From contig NC_092400.1 of the NCBI RefSeq assembly GCF_030028105.1, positions 19,468,001 to 19,532,000 of the forward strand: 64,000 nucleotides of DNA, given 5' to 3'. Below the pieces are notes generated by a model, which worked only from the letters and a program-made list of their open reading frames with translations, was not told where the DNA came from and ran no database searches. This document shows, in pieces, positions 12,521-25,654 of this stretch. Position 1 is the first letter of the stretch. Every line of letters starts with the position of its first letter. Origin of the DNA: Mobula birostris. Taxonomy: Eukaryota. Both the position numbers and the translations under genes were made by a program.

Positions 12521-13195
12521 ACACCATTGTCCTTAGTTTTAACTAAAATAACTTTGAAGGCAGTGGATGCAATAGTTATCCTTACAAATTTTATAGATTT
12601 TAGAACTGTGCTCAAAGGTTAGAAGTAGGCAAATATAACCCCACTTTTTAAGTAAGGAGAGAGAGAGAGAAAATGGACAATAATGGATAATTTAGTCTGA
12701 CATCAGTGGTAATCTAAATGCTAGAATCTATTAAGGAAGGGGAGGCACTGGAAAATAAAAGATCTAGCAGAATTGACATGGATTTATGAAAGGATGTCAT
12801 ATAGAATGGGATTATTCTATGTACTGTCATAGTCTTGATGGGCCTAATGGCCTCCCAATAGTTTAGTAAAAATAGAAGATCTGTAGGGACAATGTCTCTC
12901 CTGGATTGAAGTCTGGAACCAAGAGTCAGTCTCAAGATGAGCTGTTGTCAATTAATGACGGAGATGATAATTTTTTTCACCTAATTAACAGTGAAGTTTT
13001 GGAATTACCTGCCCAAGAACTGAGCAGACTTAGTCACTGAGTGAGACCAATAGTTTTGTATAGTTAAAGAGTCAAAGGCTATTGCAGGGTGGAGACATTA
13101 ATAAAAAAAGATTAGCCATGATTTTCCTGGATGTCAGCCATGAAGGGTTGATTATCATTTTGACTTTGCTCTGAATTATTTTTGTATATCGGCAG

Positions 13196-13355
13196 GGCCT
13201 GGGAACCAACTTTTATTCAGATGACGATATTTACGAGGGCCATTGGTATTATGACAAGAGGGACGGCTGGGGTAGAATGTACTATGCAGATTGCTCTACT
13301 TATGAAGGTGAATGGTCTAATGACTTGCCCAGTGGTCAGGGAATGCTCCGTCTTG
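13196..13355 (+). CDS. MORN3: MORN3 coding exon 3 (GLGTNFYSDDDIYEGHWYYDKRDGWGRMYYADCSTYEGEWSNDLPSGQGMLRL)
   Basis: Acceptor gcAG 13194-13195, donor GTGAGT 13356; read manually in a frame not shown by the ORF track; two MORN repeats; 160 nt. Confidence 0.95.
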
Positions 13356-14318
13356 GTGAGTAGTGTCTTACAAGGTACTTACTAGGATTATTTCAGATGA
13401 TCACTAATTTTCTAAACTGCACAATGGTAACTTGAATACAGTTTTGAAAAAAAAGTTTGCATTAAGAAAAAAACAATTAAATGAATCAAATTCATTTCTA
13501 GAGCTCATCTATGTTTGTTTCATAGTGAATGTCTTTTACCTTCTCCTTTATCTTTTAGTCACTTATACAGTATTCCTCAAAATCAACAGGTGTTTTTTTA
13601 CTAAAACCTTCCTCCAAAAATAAAACCATTACAACATTAATATTTTTATACTCCTTGGTTCCACGTTACAACATCTTTTTTGATTTAGATTTTCTCAAAT
13701 TAGAATCGTACAGCACAAAAACCAGGCCATTTGGCCCAATTCATCAATGCCAACCAGTGGGTACCCTTCTGCATTAATTCTGTCACCAGGCACTTGATCC
13801 ATAGCTTTCTATGCCTCGGCAATTAACCATATAACAATTACAGCACAGAAACAGGCCATCTCGACCCTTCTTGTCCGTGCCGAACTCTTACTCTCACCTA
13901 GTCCCACCGACCTGCACTCAGCCCATAACTCTCCATTCCTTTCCTGTACAATTATAACAATACATCACCAATAAAAGACAGTGATATTTCCCTTTTTAAT
14001 TACCCGCTTTTTGCATTTAATGCACACAAACACTGATATCCCTCTGTACTTCACTCACTTGCAAACTCTCTCCAATTCAAGTGCTTACCTAGACATCTCT
14101 TAAATGCTGTCAGTGACCCAGCTACAACCATGCTCTTGGGCAATGCATCTCAGGAATTGCAATTGAGTGAAGAAAATCTCCTCTACTGCCTTACCCTAGA
14201 CCTATGTCATTTAGTTCTATTCACTTTGGATATGAGGAAATTGACTCCATTCTTGCCCCCTCCTAAATTATAATATCTCAATCGTATCCCCTTTTAACCT
14301 CCTCCACTCCAGGGAGAT

Positions 14319-14500
14319 GCTGGCCCATTGTATAGTAGTGTCATCGGCACCGGACTTCGAGGTGAATGGTCTCAGGTTCAAATCCGGCCAGCTCCTTGCA
14401 CGCTTTCCATTCGTGCTGGGTTGAACGTTGTGCAGGCGACTTGGCCTCGTAAAACAAAAAGACAGACAAGTGCTAATGAAAAGGCAAGGTTACAAGGCAC
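14319..14500 (+). mobile_element. tRNA-derived SINE
   Basis: tRNA-like head with B box GGTTCAAATCC at about 14375. Confidence 0.5.
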
Positions 14501-17354
14501 AGAAGGGAGCAACAACTCCAGGGAGAACAGACTTAGCTTCTGCAAACTCCTAATAATTGAACTGTTTCATCCCGGGGTAACATGCAACCAAATTTGGCAC
14601 TATTCCCTCCATCACTATTACATCTATACTTTGATACTTTGGTGAACCAAACTACTCCAGCTGAGATCCGATCAAGGTTTTATAAAGTTGTAGTATAACT
14701 TCTCTACTTTTGTATTCAGTGTGCAGACCAAAGGAGGCCAGTATCCCACATGCCTTTTTAACCATTTTATCTATCTGTTTTGCTACCTTCAAGGAGGTAA
14801 CACATGGACTTGTGCTCCAAGACCCTGCCATTCAAGTTGTATGCCCTAATGTCATGACCGGTCACTTCACATAATGTTTGGATTAAACTCCCATTTCACT
14901 AATATCTGCAACCTAATACCTATCACACTATCTACAACGCTGCAAATTTTGTGTCATTTTGTGAACTTATGTATTTTGCCTTCTGTGTCTACATCCAAAT
15001 CATGCACATATATAACAAACTGCAAGGACCCTTTCACTGATCCTTGCTGATGTTGCCAGGTCTTCACCCTATCTCTGTCAGCTATTCTGCTATTGTCAGT
15101 TTATTATTTTGTTTATCATTACTTTGGATTGCACTACAATCTTCACGCTATTCTGCTGTTTTGTGCTCGTTGCTGTATTTATTATAAACCTTGATACCAT
15201 TTGCTTTGTGGGCTTCCTGCAGACAAGGGATTTCATTGCACCCTGGTGTATATAATAATAAACTAAAGCAACGAACAAAGTACTGGAGGAACTCAGCAGG
15301 TCAGGCAGCATATGTGGAGGGGAATGGGGGCAGTCAATGTTTTGGGTTGAGAGCCATCATTTGGATTAAATCTAAGGCTTTGGATCAGACAGATAGGTAC
15401 TGTATTGATCCCAAAGGAAATTACAATGGTACAGTAGCATTGTAAGTGCACAGATATACAAATATTAGAAGAGAAGTAAGAAAGAAAGAATGAGGAAAGT
15501 TACCTCAAACAGTCTAACAGGAGGGGGGGGTCATCACTTCCCCAGCTATAGTCTGATTCATTGTAGAGGCTAATAGCCAAGAGTAGGAATGACCTCAATA
15601 GCCTTCTTTGGATCAGCCCCAAACACACATTATATCTGATTTGGTTGTAGCATCTGCCAACAGTGCTTTAAAATAGACCTTGGCAATTTATGAGAATGTT
15701 TATTGTAAATTATACCTGCGTGTACCATTAATATAAATAAATGTAGAAAATCCATTTGTCTTATATTAGTCTATCTAGATAATTGACACAAATAACTTTA
15801 TTAACATATTTAGTAATGCTATCACTGATTGGGTTTTCCTTTCACACTATGAATGAATGTTTTCATAAAGCTTCTTTCTTGGAAGATTGCTGATCACTTT
15901 TCTTCAATAAGCACATTCAACCTGATGCTAAAATCTGTCTTTTATTGTTCAGCAAATTCTCCGTTCATTTAATATAGACAGTGCCTTTCATTCCAAATAC
16001 CACTTATTTTTGTATTGTATAAGGGAAATTTGTTGTGTCTTTGAAAAAAATAGATAAACCAACTTTATTTAATTATGCACTTTGACTTAATTACCTTGTT
16101 AAAAGGATCCCAGCTGGGTTATCTATTCTTTGCCAAACATCATTGACTGCAAATGCTGATCATCAACTGTCTCTATTTCTGTCAGGAATATTTCTATTGA
16201 AAGATATGCCCTATTAAAATTCAGAATTTTCTAAACGAATGAGTGTAAATATTGCAAGCAGTTTTTATAGTTAGAACTCAAGGTCAAGGTAGTCTTGGTG
16301 GTAAGGAATTCATGATTACACTTGTGCCTCCAAGTCTGAAAATTATGGGTACATAGTTCAACACCAATGTTTTGAGAAAACACACTGGCATCACCCTAAT
16401 TTCTTACTGATGGAATGCTGCACAGTTGCCTGAATTATCTTTTAAATAGGGCAAGAAAGTCCTTTTGTAGCATTAGGGTGGAAAAGACACCAAAGCACTG
16501 TTGAAAGTAGATGAAAGGCGCTCTCACCCAAGACTTGGTCAACCGTTGTCCATCAAGCAAATTTCAGAAACGTTACCAGGTGATCGTGACATTACCATCA
16601 ATGGTTCTCGATCGAGGTGATTTAACTAAGGATAAAGAATTAGATATATCTGTTGGGGTCAACCGATGACCTTGGGTCTCCTGTCTCACCACCAGTCTCC
16701 TCTTTATATTTCTCATCTCTCCATTCTATCCTGACGTAGCGACTTTTCAACCTGAAACATTGACAGTTCGTTTATTCACACATATTCCGACCTGCCTAGT
16801 CCCTCCTGGAGATTCTTTGTTGCTACAAACACCTCCATATCTCATTTCTGATAGGCAATGTATTTATTGAGTAGATGTGGTGTGTTACAGGAGACTAACG
16901 ATAAACATTAAAGAACTATTCCCCAAAAATTCAAATTACCCAATTAATACTAGACAACATCTGCCAATTTTGCTTATTTGCCATTTACTAATTAAAATTC
17001 TAGTTTTGAGTTTGCAGGCCATTAATAGTCTCTAAATGTGATGACAGTATACTTGTGCTGTGATGATGCACCCTGATTAAACAGAACTCCTGCTGTAATG
17101 CCTAGCATAAATGTTTGTATCATTAGATGTGTAAGATTTACTTTTCCTTTTGGCCAAGCACTTCCATGTACCTATTGTGGATAATCAGGCTTCAAAATCA
17201 AATCTGTAATTTGCTTATATTGACTTAATAGAATGTGATACCCTAATGAATAACAGTGGGGTACAATATATGTAGTGGTTATATAATCCTATGACAAGCA
17301 ATGCTACAAGTGTATTTTATTTATATGTACCACTTAAGTCCTGTATTTATTTAG

Positions 17355-17539
17355 CTAATGAAAATCGCTATGAAGGTTTCTGGAAAAATGGAAAAAAACA
17401 TGGATCAGGAAAGTTTTTCTTCTTCGAGAAAGGTCAACTATATGACGGTGTGTGGGTAGACGACATCCCAAAGTGTGGTAAAATGATTGATTTTGGCCGA
17501 GAAGATGCTAGTAATCCTACTCGCTATCCAATACCACAG
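17355..17539 (+). CDS. MORN3: MORN3 coding exon 4 (ANENRYEGFWKNGKKHGSG...RYPIPQ)
   Basis: Acceptor ttAG 17353-17354, donor CAG|GTATCT 17540; MORN motifs; 185 nt (cumulative 648). Confidence 0.95.
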
Positions 17540-17916
17540 GTATCTTTTAGTTAGCTTACTTGACCTCTCCTCGCTTACTTGACCTGTGCTTTTGGTTGAC
17601 TTTTACAGACGATGTGTGGCACAGCTATGTTTACCATGCATTCTTCTAGTTCTTCGCTGCTGCAAGTAACGTTTCAGAATCTTTAATGTTGTTTAAATAA
17701 TTAGTCCATAAACATCTTCATAATTGAGTCAGTTAAATGGATTCTATTACCAGACCATTATGACACTTCATTCCAGTTCCATTAGTGCTAAATTAGAACT
17801 TTAACATTTTAATCTTTTGCTGTTTGTTGTACATGTCCAGGCCAAGGGTCACCCCAGTTTAATCAAATTACAATATGCAGAGAAAAAGCATCTAGTGCCT
17901 TCCTGGCATATATGAT

Positions 17917-18022
17917 GAATAAACTTTTCTCGGGCATCATCTTCGTGAAAATGGCATTTGCATCAAAACATCGTCCGTAATCGGTACTTGTACCCAGCTG
18001 GAAGTCTGAGAAGTGTTTATTT
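17917..18022. mobile_element. Small inverted-end element, same family as 43732-44118
   Basis: GAATAAACTTTTCTCGGG...CTGAGAAGTGTTTATT ends; interior is a decayed copy of the hammerhead-like segment. Confidence 0.55.
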
Positions 18023-19618
18023 GTACTCTATGCAGATATTCCCTGTGGTTGTGGATGTTCATAGGCTAAGTTCCAAGATAGATGTGACTTCTTGAAATAT
18101 AAAAGAGAATGGATCTTACATTTAATGCCTGTAAAACACAGATCCTCTACCAGCCTGCCCTACTGTATATCTCCAGGCCCACCAGAAGTAGTCTACAGGT
18201 CCGATATTGGCTTCATCAGCCACCTTAAAATCCACTGAAAGAATCCAGAGAAACTTCCTGAGAATACTCCATCATCATCTGATTATGTAGTAAATAACTT
18301 TTCCTTGTACCATTGTATACCACCAATATATTGGTTTATCATGCAATATACTGGATTCCTTTTCAATTCAGGAACATTGGAGCTGGAACAGGAGACACAA
18401 TGCTTCACCCTTCAACAAGACCTTGCAGATCTTGATCAAGATCTTCTATCTGACGTACATACACTTTTTCACCTATTCCTCATAGCTCATGATTCCGGTC
18501 AAAGTGTTAATATCATCAGACTTTTGTACTCAGTATATTTTTGCTGTACTTTAATGCACCAGAGAAGTTTCAAAATCCAGGAACTTTAGAAGGTTATTAT
18601 TGAGGATATCGTCTCTTTCCAGGCAACATTCTGTAGGACTTCATGATGTTTGGTTGGTTTTTAGTTTCTGCATTATGTTGAATTTGTGTTGATAACTTTG
18701 GGTCAGTTAAATAGCTGCTTCCTGTGCTATAAATTTGTGATTTTTATTCACATTGTCATTGGATCCCACAATTAGGTCCTTACATTTTTTGTTGCATTCT
18801 TATTCTCTACTGGTATGAAGAGCAGTGCAAGGTGCTTAGTCTCTTGCTTAGATTTTCTTTTTGCAGTATATTTATTCCTATCTCTACCACCCAAGGGTTT
18901 AAAGTTTACCTATACTTATGTTATTCTTTCTGTCTACAGGTAATTCCTGTATACATTTTTTTTGCTAATTTACTCACTCATCACCAAGTTCTGTTGTCAT
19001 CCTATAGAGGCAAGTCTCCCATGGTGCTGAGGGCTTGCCTCTGGCTATGCTCCCCAGGGGAAATCCCTAGCCCCACCAGAACAGAATCCTGGCTAGTGAG
19101 GTGACCTCATAACTTTTTTGTAAAGAGACAAGATACTGCAGATACTGTAATATAAAGCAAAAAGCAAACTGCTGGAGAAACTTGGTGGGACAGGCAGCAT
19201 CTGGGGAGGCAGAGGGGATGGGCAATGTCAAGGCCGTGCATCAGACCTTATTGGGAGGGTTTCATATGGCATTCCATTAGTCTGAGGCTACGTTCACACT
19301 AGACTGGATAAATCCGTAACCGAAGCTTTTTCTCTTCTTGTACCAACTCGTCTAATTGTACTATTTATCTACTTGTACTGACTCATCTAAAAAAGACTAG
19401 TTGTAAAATACTGTTAGGTTACTTCCCAGATACTTGATACTCTTAAAGCCATTGAACAAAAGATGTAGCAACTCAGCTTTTTCAACAACTAATACAAGAT
19501 TTTCAAACTAAATGAATACAGTTTAATAGCCACTCCCTATTTAGATTAACCATGAATGATTATTCTTTTAGTACACATGTGATAATATGGCAATAAGAGT
19601 CTTATTTCATTTCTTCAG

Positions 19619-19723
19619 GTAAAGCTAAGAAACCCTGCTGCTATATTAAAGGAAGCCAGATCACACTTTCTGGATGAAAATAATAAGACCTCCAATCAAC
19701 ATTTCATCTCTTCTACAACTTAA
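19619..19723 (+). CDS. MORN3: MORN3 last coding exon (VKLRNPAAILKEARSHFLDENNKTSNQHFISSTT*)
   Basis: Pyrimidine tract plus cAG at 19617-19618; in frame; resembles the MORN3 C-terminus; TAA 19721-19723; total CDS 753 nt = 250 aa. Confidence 0.85.
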   Translation, partial: VKLRNPAAILKEARSHFLDENNKTSNQHFISSTT

Positions 19724-20916
19724 AGACCATACAAGTCAAGCTTTGGAATGTTCCTGGCATATATCCAGCCGTTGAAGAATGACATTCTGTCTAATCAGTC
19801 TTTAAATAATCACAAATAGCGCATTTGCAATTTGTGAAAAGCTTCTGAAATAATGCTAGCAGAATATTGCTGTAGCATTAATTTTGCAACATGGGATAAT
19901 CTAAAATTTTAACACCTAATGGTTAAGCACTATTGCTGTGCTGAGGATTGACATCGTGTTGGTGGGTTGGTTTGCATTGTGGCTGGTGAACATAATTGAT
20001 AACCAAGTCTCAACAAGTTTATTTGCAAAGCAAGATTTTTGTTTATGCGTTTCCATTTTACTTGCCTTATTTACTCTAACACCTTCACCAAAGTCCATCA
20101 GCTATTCATGTGACTAACATTTCTTTAGGACAATAAGATGGTAGATTTCATGATTTCTTCTAATTTCTTTTTTGGCTTTGCTAGTGTACAATTTTTAAAA
20201 AGTATTTTAGCACATCATTCCGACAAATAGATTCTTAACAGCTTTCAGTACTAAATTAGAACCTAATTAAGTATTGAAAGCTATGTTTAAATTGCTAAAT
20301 GCAAGTTTAATAGTTCAACATTAGAGGAAACTATGTTTGAATTGCTAAATGCAAATTTGGGGGGGGCGGAGGGAAGGGTGGGACAGAAACAAAAGATCCA
20401 TTGTGTGTCCTCAATATCCAGTTGGTGTTTGTGAAGGCACCTGTGGAGAAATGTTATGTTACTTGACACAATGATGGCCATGTGTCGAGAAATCTTTGAA
20501 GGATGATGCTATTGAGTGAGCCAGGATTAGCAGGATCAGGTGTGACTGTATAGAGGAAGATAAACACTGATACAATACGAAAAGAAACATTAACCTCAGG
20601 CCAGCTGAATACTTTAAGTAGATTAAAATGGACACAGGCAAATACACAAATTTTAAACAGTCTTCAGGATCCAGAAAATGTTTCGAGGGGAAATAAAATT
20701 AGCAGTAAATGTCTGTAGAAGAATAACTGGCAAATGCTTTCAAGAACAGAATTTAACCCCACTGTTCAAACAGCACAACCAAAAACATACAGATGGAGAT
20801 GATTAGCTTTATTTGTCACATGTACAGTACATCAAAACACAGAGCAAAATGCATCGACCAACATAGCCTGAAGATGGTGCTGGGGGCCGCCTGCCAAGAG
20901 TCACTAGTCTTTTGGT

Positions 20917-21779
20917 TCCTCCCGGCACTTATCCTTGTAAGTGGAACAAGTGCTGCACATGCCCTTACACTTCCTCCCTCACTACCATTCAGGGCCCCAG
21001 ACAGTCCTTCCAGGTGAGGTAACACTTCACCTGTGAGTCGGCTGGGGTGATATACTGTGTCCGGTGCTCCCAATGCAGCCTTCTATATATTGGCAAGACC
21101 CGACGCAGACTGGGAGGCCGTTTCGCTGAACACCTACGCTCTGTCCGCCAGAGAAAGCAGGATCTCCCAGTAGCCACACATTTTAATTCCACATCCCATT
21201 CCCATTCTGATATGTCTATCCACGGCCTCCTCTACTGTAAAGATGAAGCCACATTCAGGTTGGAGGAACAATACCTTATATTCCATCTGGGTAGCCTCCA
21301 ACCTGATGGCATGAACATTGACTTCTCAAACTTCTGCTAACGCCCCACCTCCCCCTCGTACCCCATCCATTATTTATTTGTCTTTTATTATTAATATTTT
21401 TTTCCTCTCCTTTTTCTCCCTTTGTCCCTCTCACTATACTCCTCGCCCATCCTCTGGGCTTCCCCACTCCCCCTTTCTTTCGCCCTATTCCTCCTGTCCG
21501 TCCCATGATCCAATTATATCCCTTTTGCCAATCAACTTTCCAGCTCTTAACTCCATCCCTTCCCCCTCCTGTCTTCTCCTATCATTTTGGATATCCCCTT
21601 CCCGCTCCCACTTTCAAATTTCTTACTATCTCTTCTTTCAGTTAGTCCTGACGAAGGGTCCCGGCCCGAAACGTTGACTGTACCTCTTCCTATAAATGCT
21701 GCCTGGCCTGCTGTGTTCACCAGCATTTTTTTATGTGTGTTGTTTGAAATTCCAGCATCTGTAGATTTCCTCGTGTTTG
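20917..21779 (+). mobile_element. Penelope-like retroelement 3' part: GIY-YIG endonuclease plus terminal repeat
   Basis: PGTYPCK..KC.TC..., FTCES..VIYCVRCSQCSLLYIGKT.R.L..RF.EH, VATHFN, RLEEQ.LIF.LGSLQPDGMN; in-frame stop upstream; pyrimidine-rich UTR followed by the hammerhead. Confidence 0.92.
21643..21680 (+). ncRNA. Minimal type I hammerhead ribozyme motif (GUU site)
   Basis: TAGTC-CTGACGA-A-GGGTCCCGGCCC-GAAAC-GTT-GACTG, about 300 nt downstream of the GIY-YIG ORF. Confidence 0.75.
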
Positions 21780-21894
21780 TGTATGCCTTTGAGATGTGCG
21801 AGGAAATCACAGTATCCCAGGAAAACCCAGGCAAACAACTTACACACAACTTCAGAAGTTAGGATTGAAGCTGGGACGCTAGACCTTTGAGGCA

Positions 21895-22162
21895 ACAGAT
21901 TCCTTCCTCTCCAGCCCTTTATCTTCCGTACCCACCTGGCCTCACCTATCACATTCTATGCATCCTCCTTCCCCTCCCCACCCCCAACCGTCACCTTTTT
22001 ACTCTGGCATCTTCCCCTTCCTTTCCAGTCCTGAAGGAGGATCTCGGCCTGAAACATCAATTGTTATTTTATTTCCATAGATACTGCCTGACCTGCTGCG
22101 TTCCTCCAGCATTTTGTGTGTGTTGCTTTGGATTTCCATCATCCGCAGACTTCCTTGTGTTT
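21895..22162 (+). mobile_element. Older Penelope-like terminal fragment with decayed hammerhead
   Basis: CAGTC-CTGAAGG...GAAACATC at about 22026-22058. Confidence 0.65.
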
Positions 22163-22774
22163 AACATTACCTATTGCACCTACAATTTACCTACAAGATT
22201 ATTTTAGGTGCGTTTCAGGTTTTCTGATTTTTGCCAGTTTATAATTGGGATTAAAGATATGACCAGCACAGGGAAAAAAAAGTCATTCACAATTGTATTG
22301 CACTGCACATTTGCATTCAGTTACATCTCAGTGTTGATTAGAAAAAGCAAACAAGTGCCTCAGAAATACGACAAATATCGAACATTTTATCAAAGATTCT
22401 TTAGAAAAATTGAGGCCATTTAAAATTCTGATAAACCTATAATCCATCGTTTGGAAATCTTAATGGTTTGGCATTTGCTCACTGGGCCCTATTTCCATGT
22501 TGTTTAAACTTACCTAATATACTTGGAAAGTGTTTTCTTTAGACTAATTAATTATGTATTGGCATATTGAAAGCAGTGATTTGGAACATCTACTAGTTCA
22601 GCACCAAAAAGAGTCAAAGGTGCTGGATTATTGGCAGTTCACTATACAAAACACAAATATGATTTGAGAATTAATTGTTTATTTATATTGAAGCATTTGC
22701 TAAACTGCACATTTTAAAGCTGAGTTAATGTATGCTATAGAGATACAAGTGTTCCTTGGAGTCATTCCATATTT

Positions 22775-23262
22775 AAGACCATAAGATACAGGAGCAGAAT
22801 TGGGCCATTTGGCCCATCAAGTCTGCTCCACTATTTCATCATGGCTGATCCTTTTTTCCTCTCAGCCCCAATCTCCTGCCTTCTCCCCGTATCCCTTCAT
22901 GCCCCGACTAATCAAGAATCTATCAACATCTGCCTCCACAGCTACATGTGGCAAAGAATTCCCGAGATTCACCACTCTCTGGCTAAAAAAATTCCTCCTC
23001 ATCTCTTTTCTAAATGGACATCCCTCTATCTTGAGGCTGTCCCCCCAGTCTTAGATTCCCCCTCATTCTTCTGAACTCCAGTGAGTCGAGGCCCAGAGCC
23101 ATTAAACACTCCTCATATGATAAGCCTTTCAATCCCGGGATCATTTTCGTGAACCTCCTCTGAACCCGCTCCAATGTCAGCACATCCTTCTAAGATAAGG
23201 GGCCCAAAACTGCTCACAATACTCCAAGTGAAGCCTCACCGGTGCCTTATAAAGCTTCAGCA
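22775..23262 (-). mobile_element. CR1 LINE 3' fragment
   Basis: Reverse complement of the CR1 3' end and of the RT C-terminal coding sequence. Confidence 0.75.
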
Positions 23263-23487
23263 TTTAAGGCAGTGTTCTCCACAAATTACAGAGCATGTCA
23301 GAAATACTGGGGTCAGTTAGCATTTGTGGCTGAAGCCTGTCAGGGACTTTGACCTTGACCTCAAACATGTACACTGTTTCTCTTCCTGCAGTTGCTGCCG
23401 TGTTTTCAGCATTTTGTGCCTATTTAAGGTTTCCAGGTTCTGCAGATTTTGTTTTTATTTACATTCTTCATAATGTATGCTTATAAT

Positions 23488-24455
23488 AGAAACATAGAAA
23501 ATAGGTGCAGGAGTAGGCCATTTGGCCCTTCGAGCCTGCACTGCCATTCAATACGATTATGGCTGATCATCCAACTCAGAACCCTGTACCTGCCTTCTCT
23601 CCATACCCCCTGATCCCCATAGCCACAAGGGCCTCATCTAACTCCCTCTTGAATATAGCCAATGAACTGGCCTCAACTGTTTCTTGTGGCAGAGAATTCC
23701 ACAGATCCACCACTCTCTGTGTGAAGAAGTTTTTCCTCATCTTGGTCCTAAAAGGCTTCCCCTTTATCCTCAAACTGTGACCCCTCGTTCTGGACTTCCC
23801 CAACATCGGGAACAATCTTCCTACATCTAGCCTGTCCAATCCCTTTAGAAGTTTATACATTTCAATAAGATCCTCCCTCAATCTTCTAAATTTCAGAGAG
23901 TATAAGCCTAGTCGATCCAGTCTTTCATCATATGAAAGTCCTGCCATCCCAGGAATCAATCTGGTGAACCTTCTTTGTACTCCCTCTATGCCAAGAATGT
24001 CTTTCCTCAGATTAGGGGACCAAAACCGCACACAATACTCCAAATGTGGTCTCACCAAGGCCTTGTACAACTGCAGTAGTACCTCCCTGCTCCTGTACTC
24101 AAATCCTCTCGCTATAAATGCCAGCATACCATTCACCTTTTTCACCGCCTGCTGTACCTGCATGCCCACTTTCAATGACTAGTGTACAATGACACCCAGG
24201 TCTCGTTGCACCTCCCCTATTCCTAATCAGCCACCATTCAGATAATAATCCATTTTCCTGTTCTTGCCACCAAAGTGGATAACCTCACATTTATCCACAT
24301 TAACTTGCATCTGCCATGAATTTGCCCACTCACCTAACCTATCCAAGTCACCCTGCATTCTCTTAGCATCCCCCTCACAGCTAACACAGCCGCCTAGCTT
24401 TGTGTCATCCGCAAACTTGGAGATGCTGCATTTAATTCCCTTGTCTAAGTCATTA
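23488..24455 (-). mobile_element. Young CR1 LINE 3' fragment (RT C-terminus)
   Basis: ORFs 24227..24469 (ISKFADDTKLGG) and 23576..24175 (YKALVRPHLEYC). Confidence 0.92.
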
Positions 24456-25654
24456 TCATTGCGTCTCAAACGAAATTCACATGATGAACATCAGGCAGGA
24501 CTTTTTCCGAAAAACAAGATTTTAAATATCAAGAGCATATATAAATTGGAAAATTTATGAGTTCTGCCAACAGACGTCAACTGAAAATACAGGCGGAAAT
24601 CCAAATTCTAATGATCAGACATTTTCATGGAATTGCACTGTAAAAATTGAGTACATTCATTTTTAATTATTAATATGAGAAGAATAATAGGTTACTTTCA
24701 ACAAGTACAAATGCAAACTGCACTGTGGTACTTGTGTTATAAAATGTATCCAAGCTTAGATATTTAAGGTGTAAACTGAAGATTGTCTTGCTGTAAACCC
24801 ATTTCTATTTTCATAAACTTGAATTCTGGTATATTAAATTATTCAATTTCTGATTGATTGTGTGTTGAATTGTTTTAGAGATAGCTTAGACTTTCCCATT
24901 TTGTATTTTTGCCTGCATTGGACAAAAAGCTTTGTATAGATAACAATTGAGGTGATATAGATGGGAGTTAGCTAAAGAAGGGGGAATTTTTTTTTTAGCT
25001 ACTCCTAGCCGACGTTTAAAAAACAAGATACCAACCATTTTGCCGGAAATATAAAACAGAATGGTTTGCTTAGGAGAGCCAAAGCCATAATCATTTGAGA
25101 AAGTTAAAAAGCGAAGTAACTAAGGCAGTTGAACTCATTGGACTTGCAAACAGCATGGGACATGACATCCATGCAAAATAAACCATCTTGCATGAATTGT
25201 TAAACATCAAGGATGCCATCTCTCTGAAGCATAGATTATGCTTGCATGGTAGAATCTGTTTAAAAACAACTGATGCAGAGTAAATTATAGGTCTGAAGGG
25301 TGAACCAGCAGGGGCCTATCTTGCCAGTGTATGCTCTCTATAATTAGACAATGGGTATAAATCAGTGACTGGTCAAGTGGAATTCCACAGACTTGTAGAA
25401 AGTATGAATTACTTTTAAGAATCTCAAAATCTGTGCAAAGGGCAAGTCCAGAAAGCACATCGCAAAGGCCCACAAATGACTACTGGATGTATCATTGGAA
25501 TTGCAGGGTCAGACAAGTAAATGCAAACTATAGCCAAAACATAAGGTAATATAAATCCTAACTATACTTTAAAAGTTCCAATTTTTTAAGTAAAACTTTT
25601 CTTGTCCAGTATAAAAGTTTAAAACTCACTGATATCAGTCAATGCCAAATTAAT

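Noticed and set aside
18372-18454. Cryptic MORN3 exon within ORF 18305..18589
   Set aside because: Weak donor, no MORN similarity, and exons 4 and 5 already join in frame
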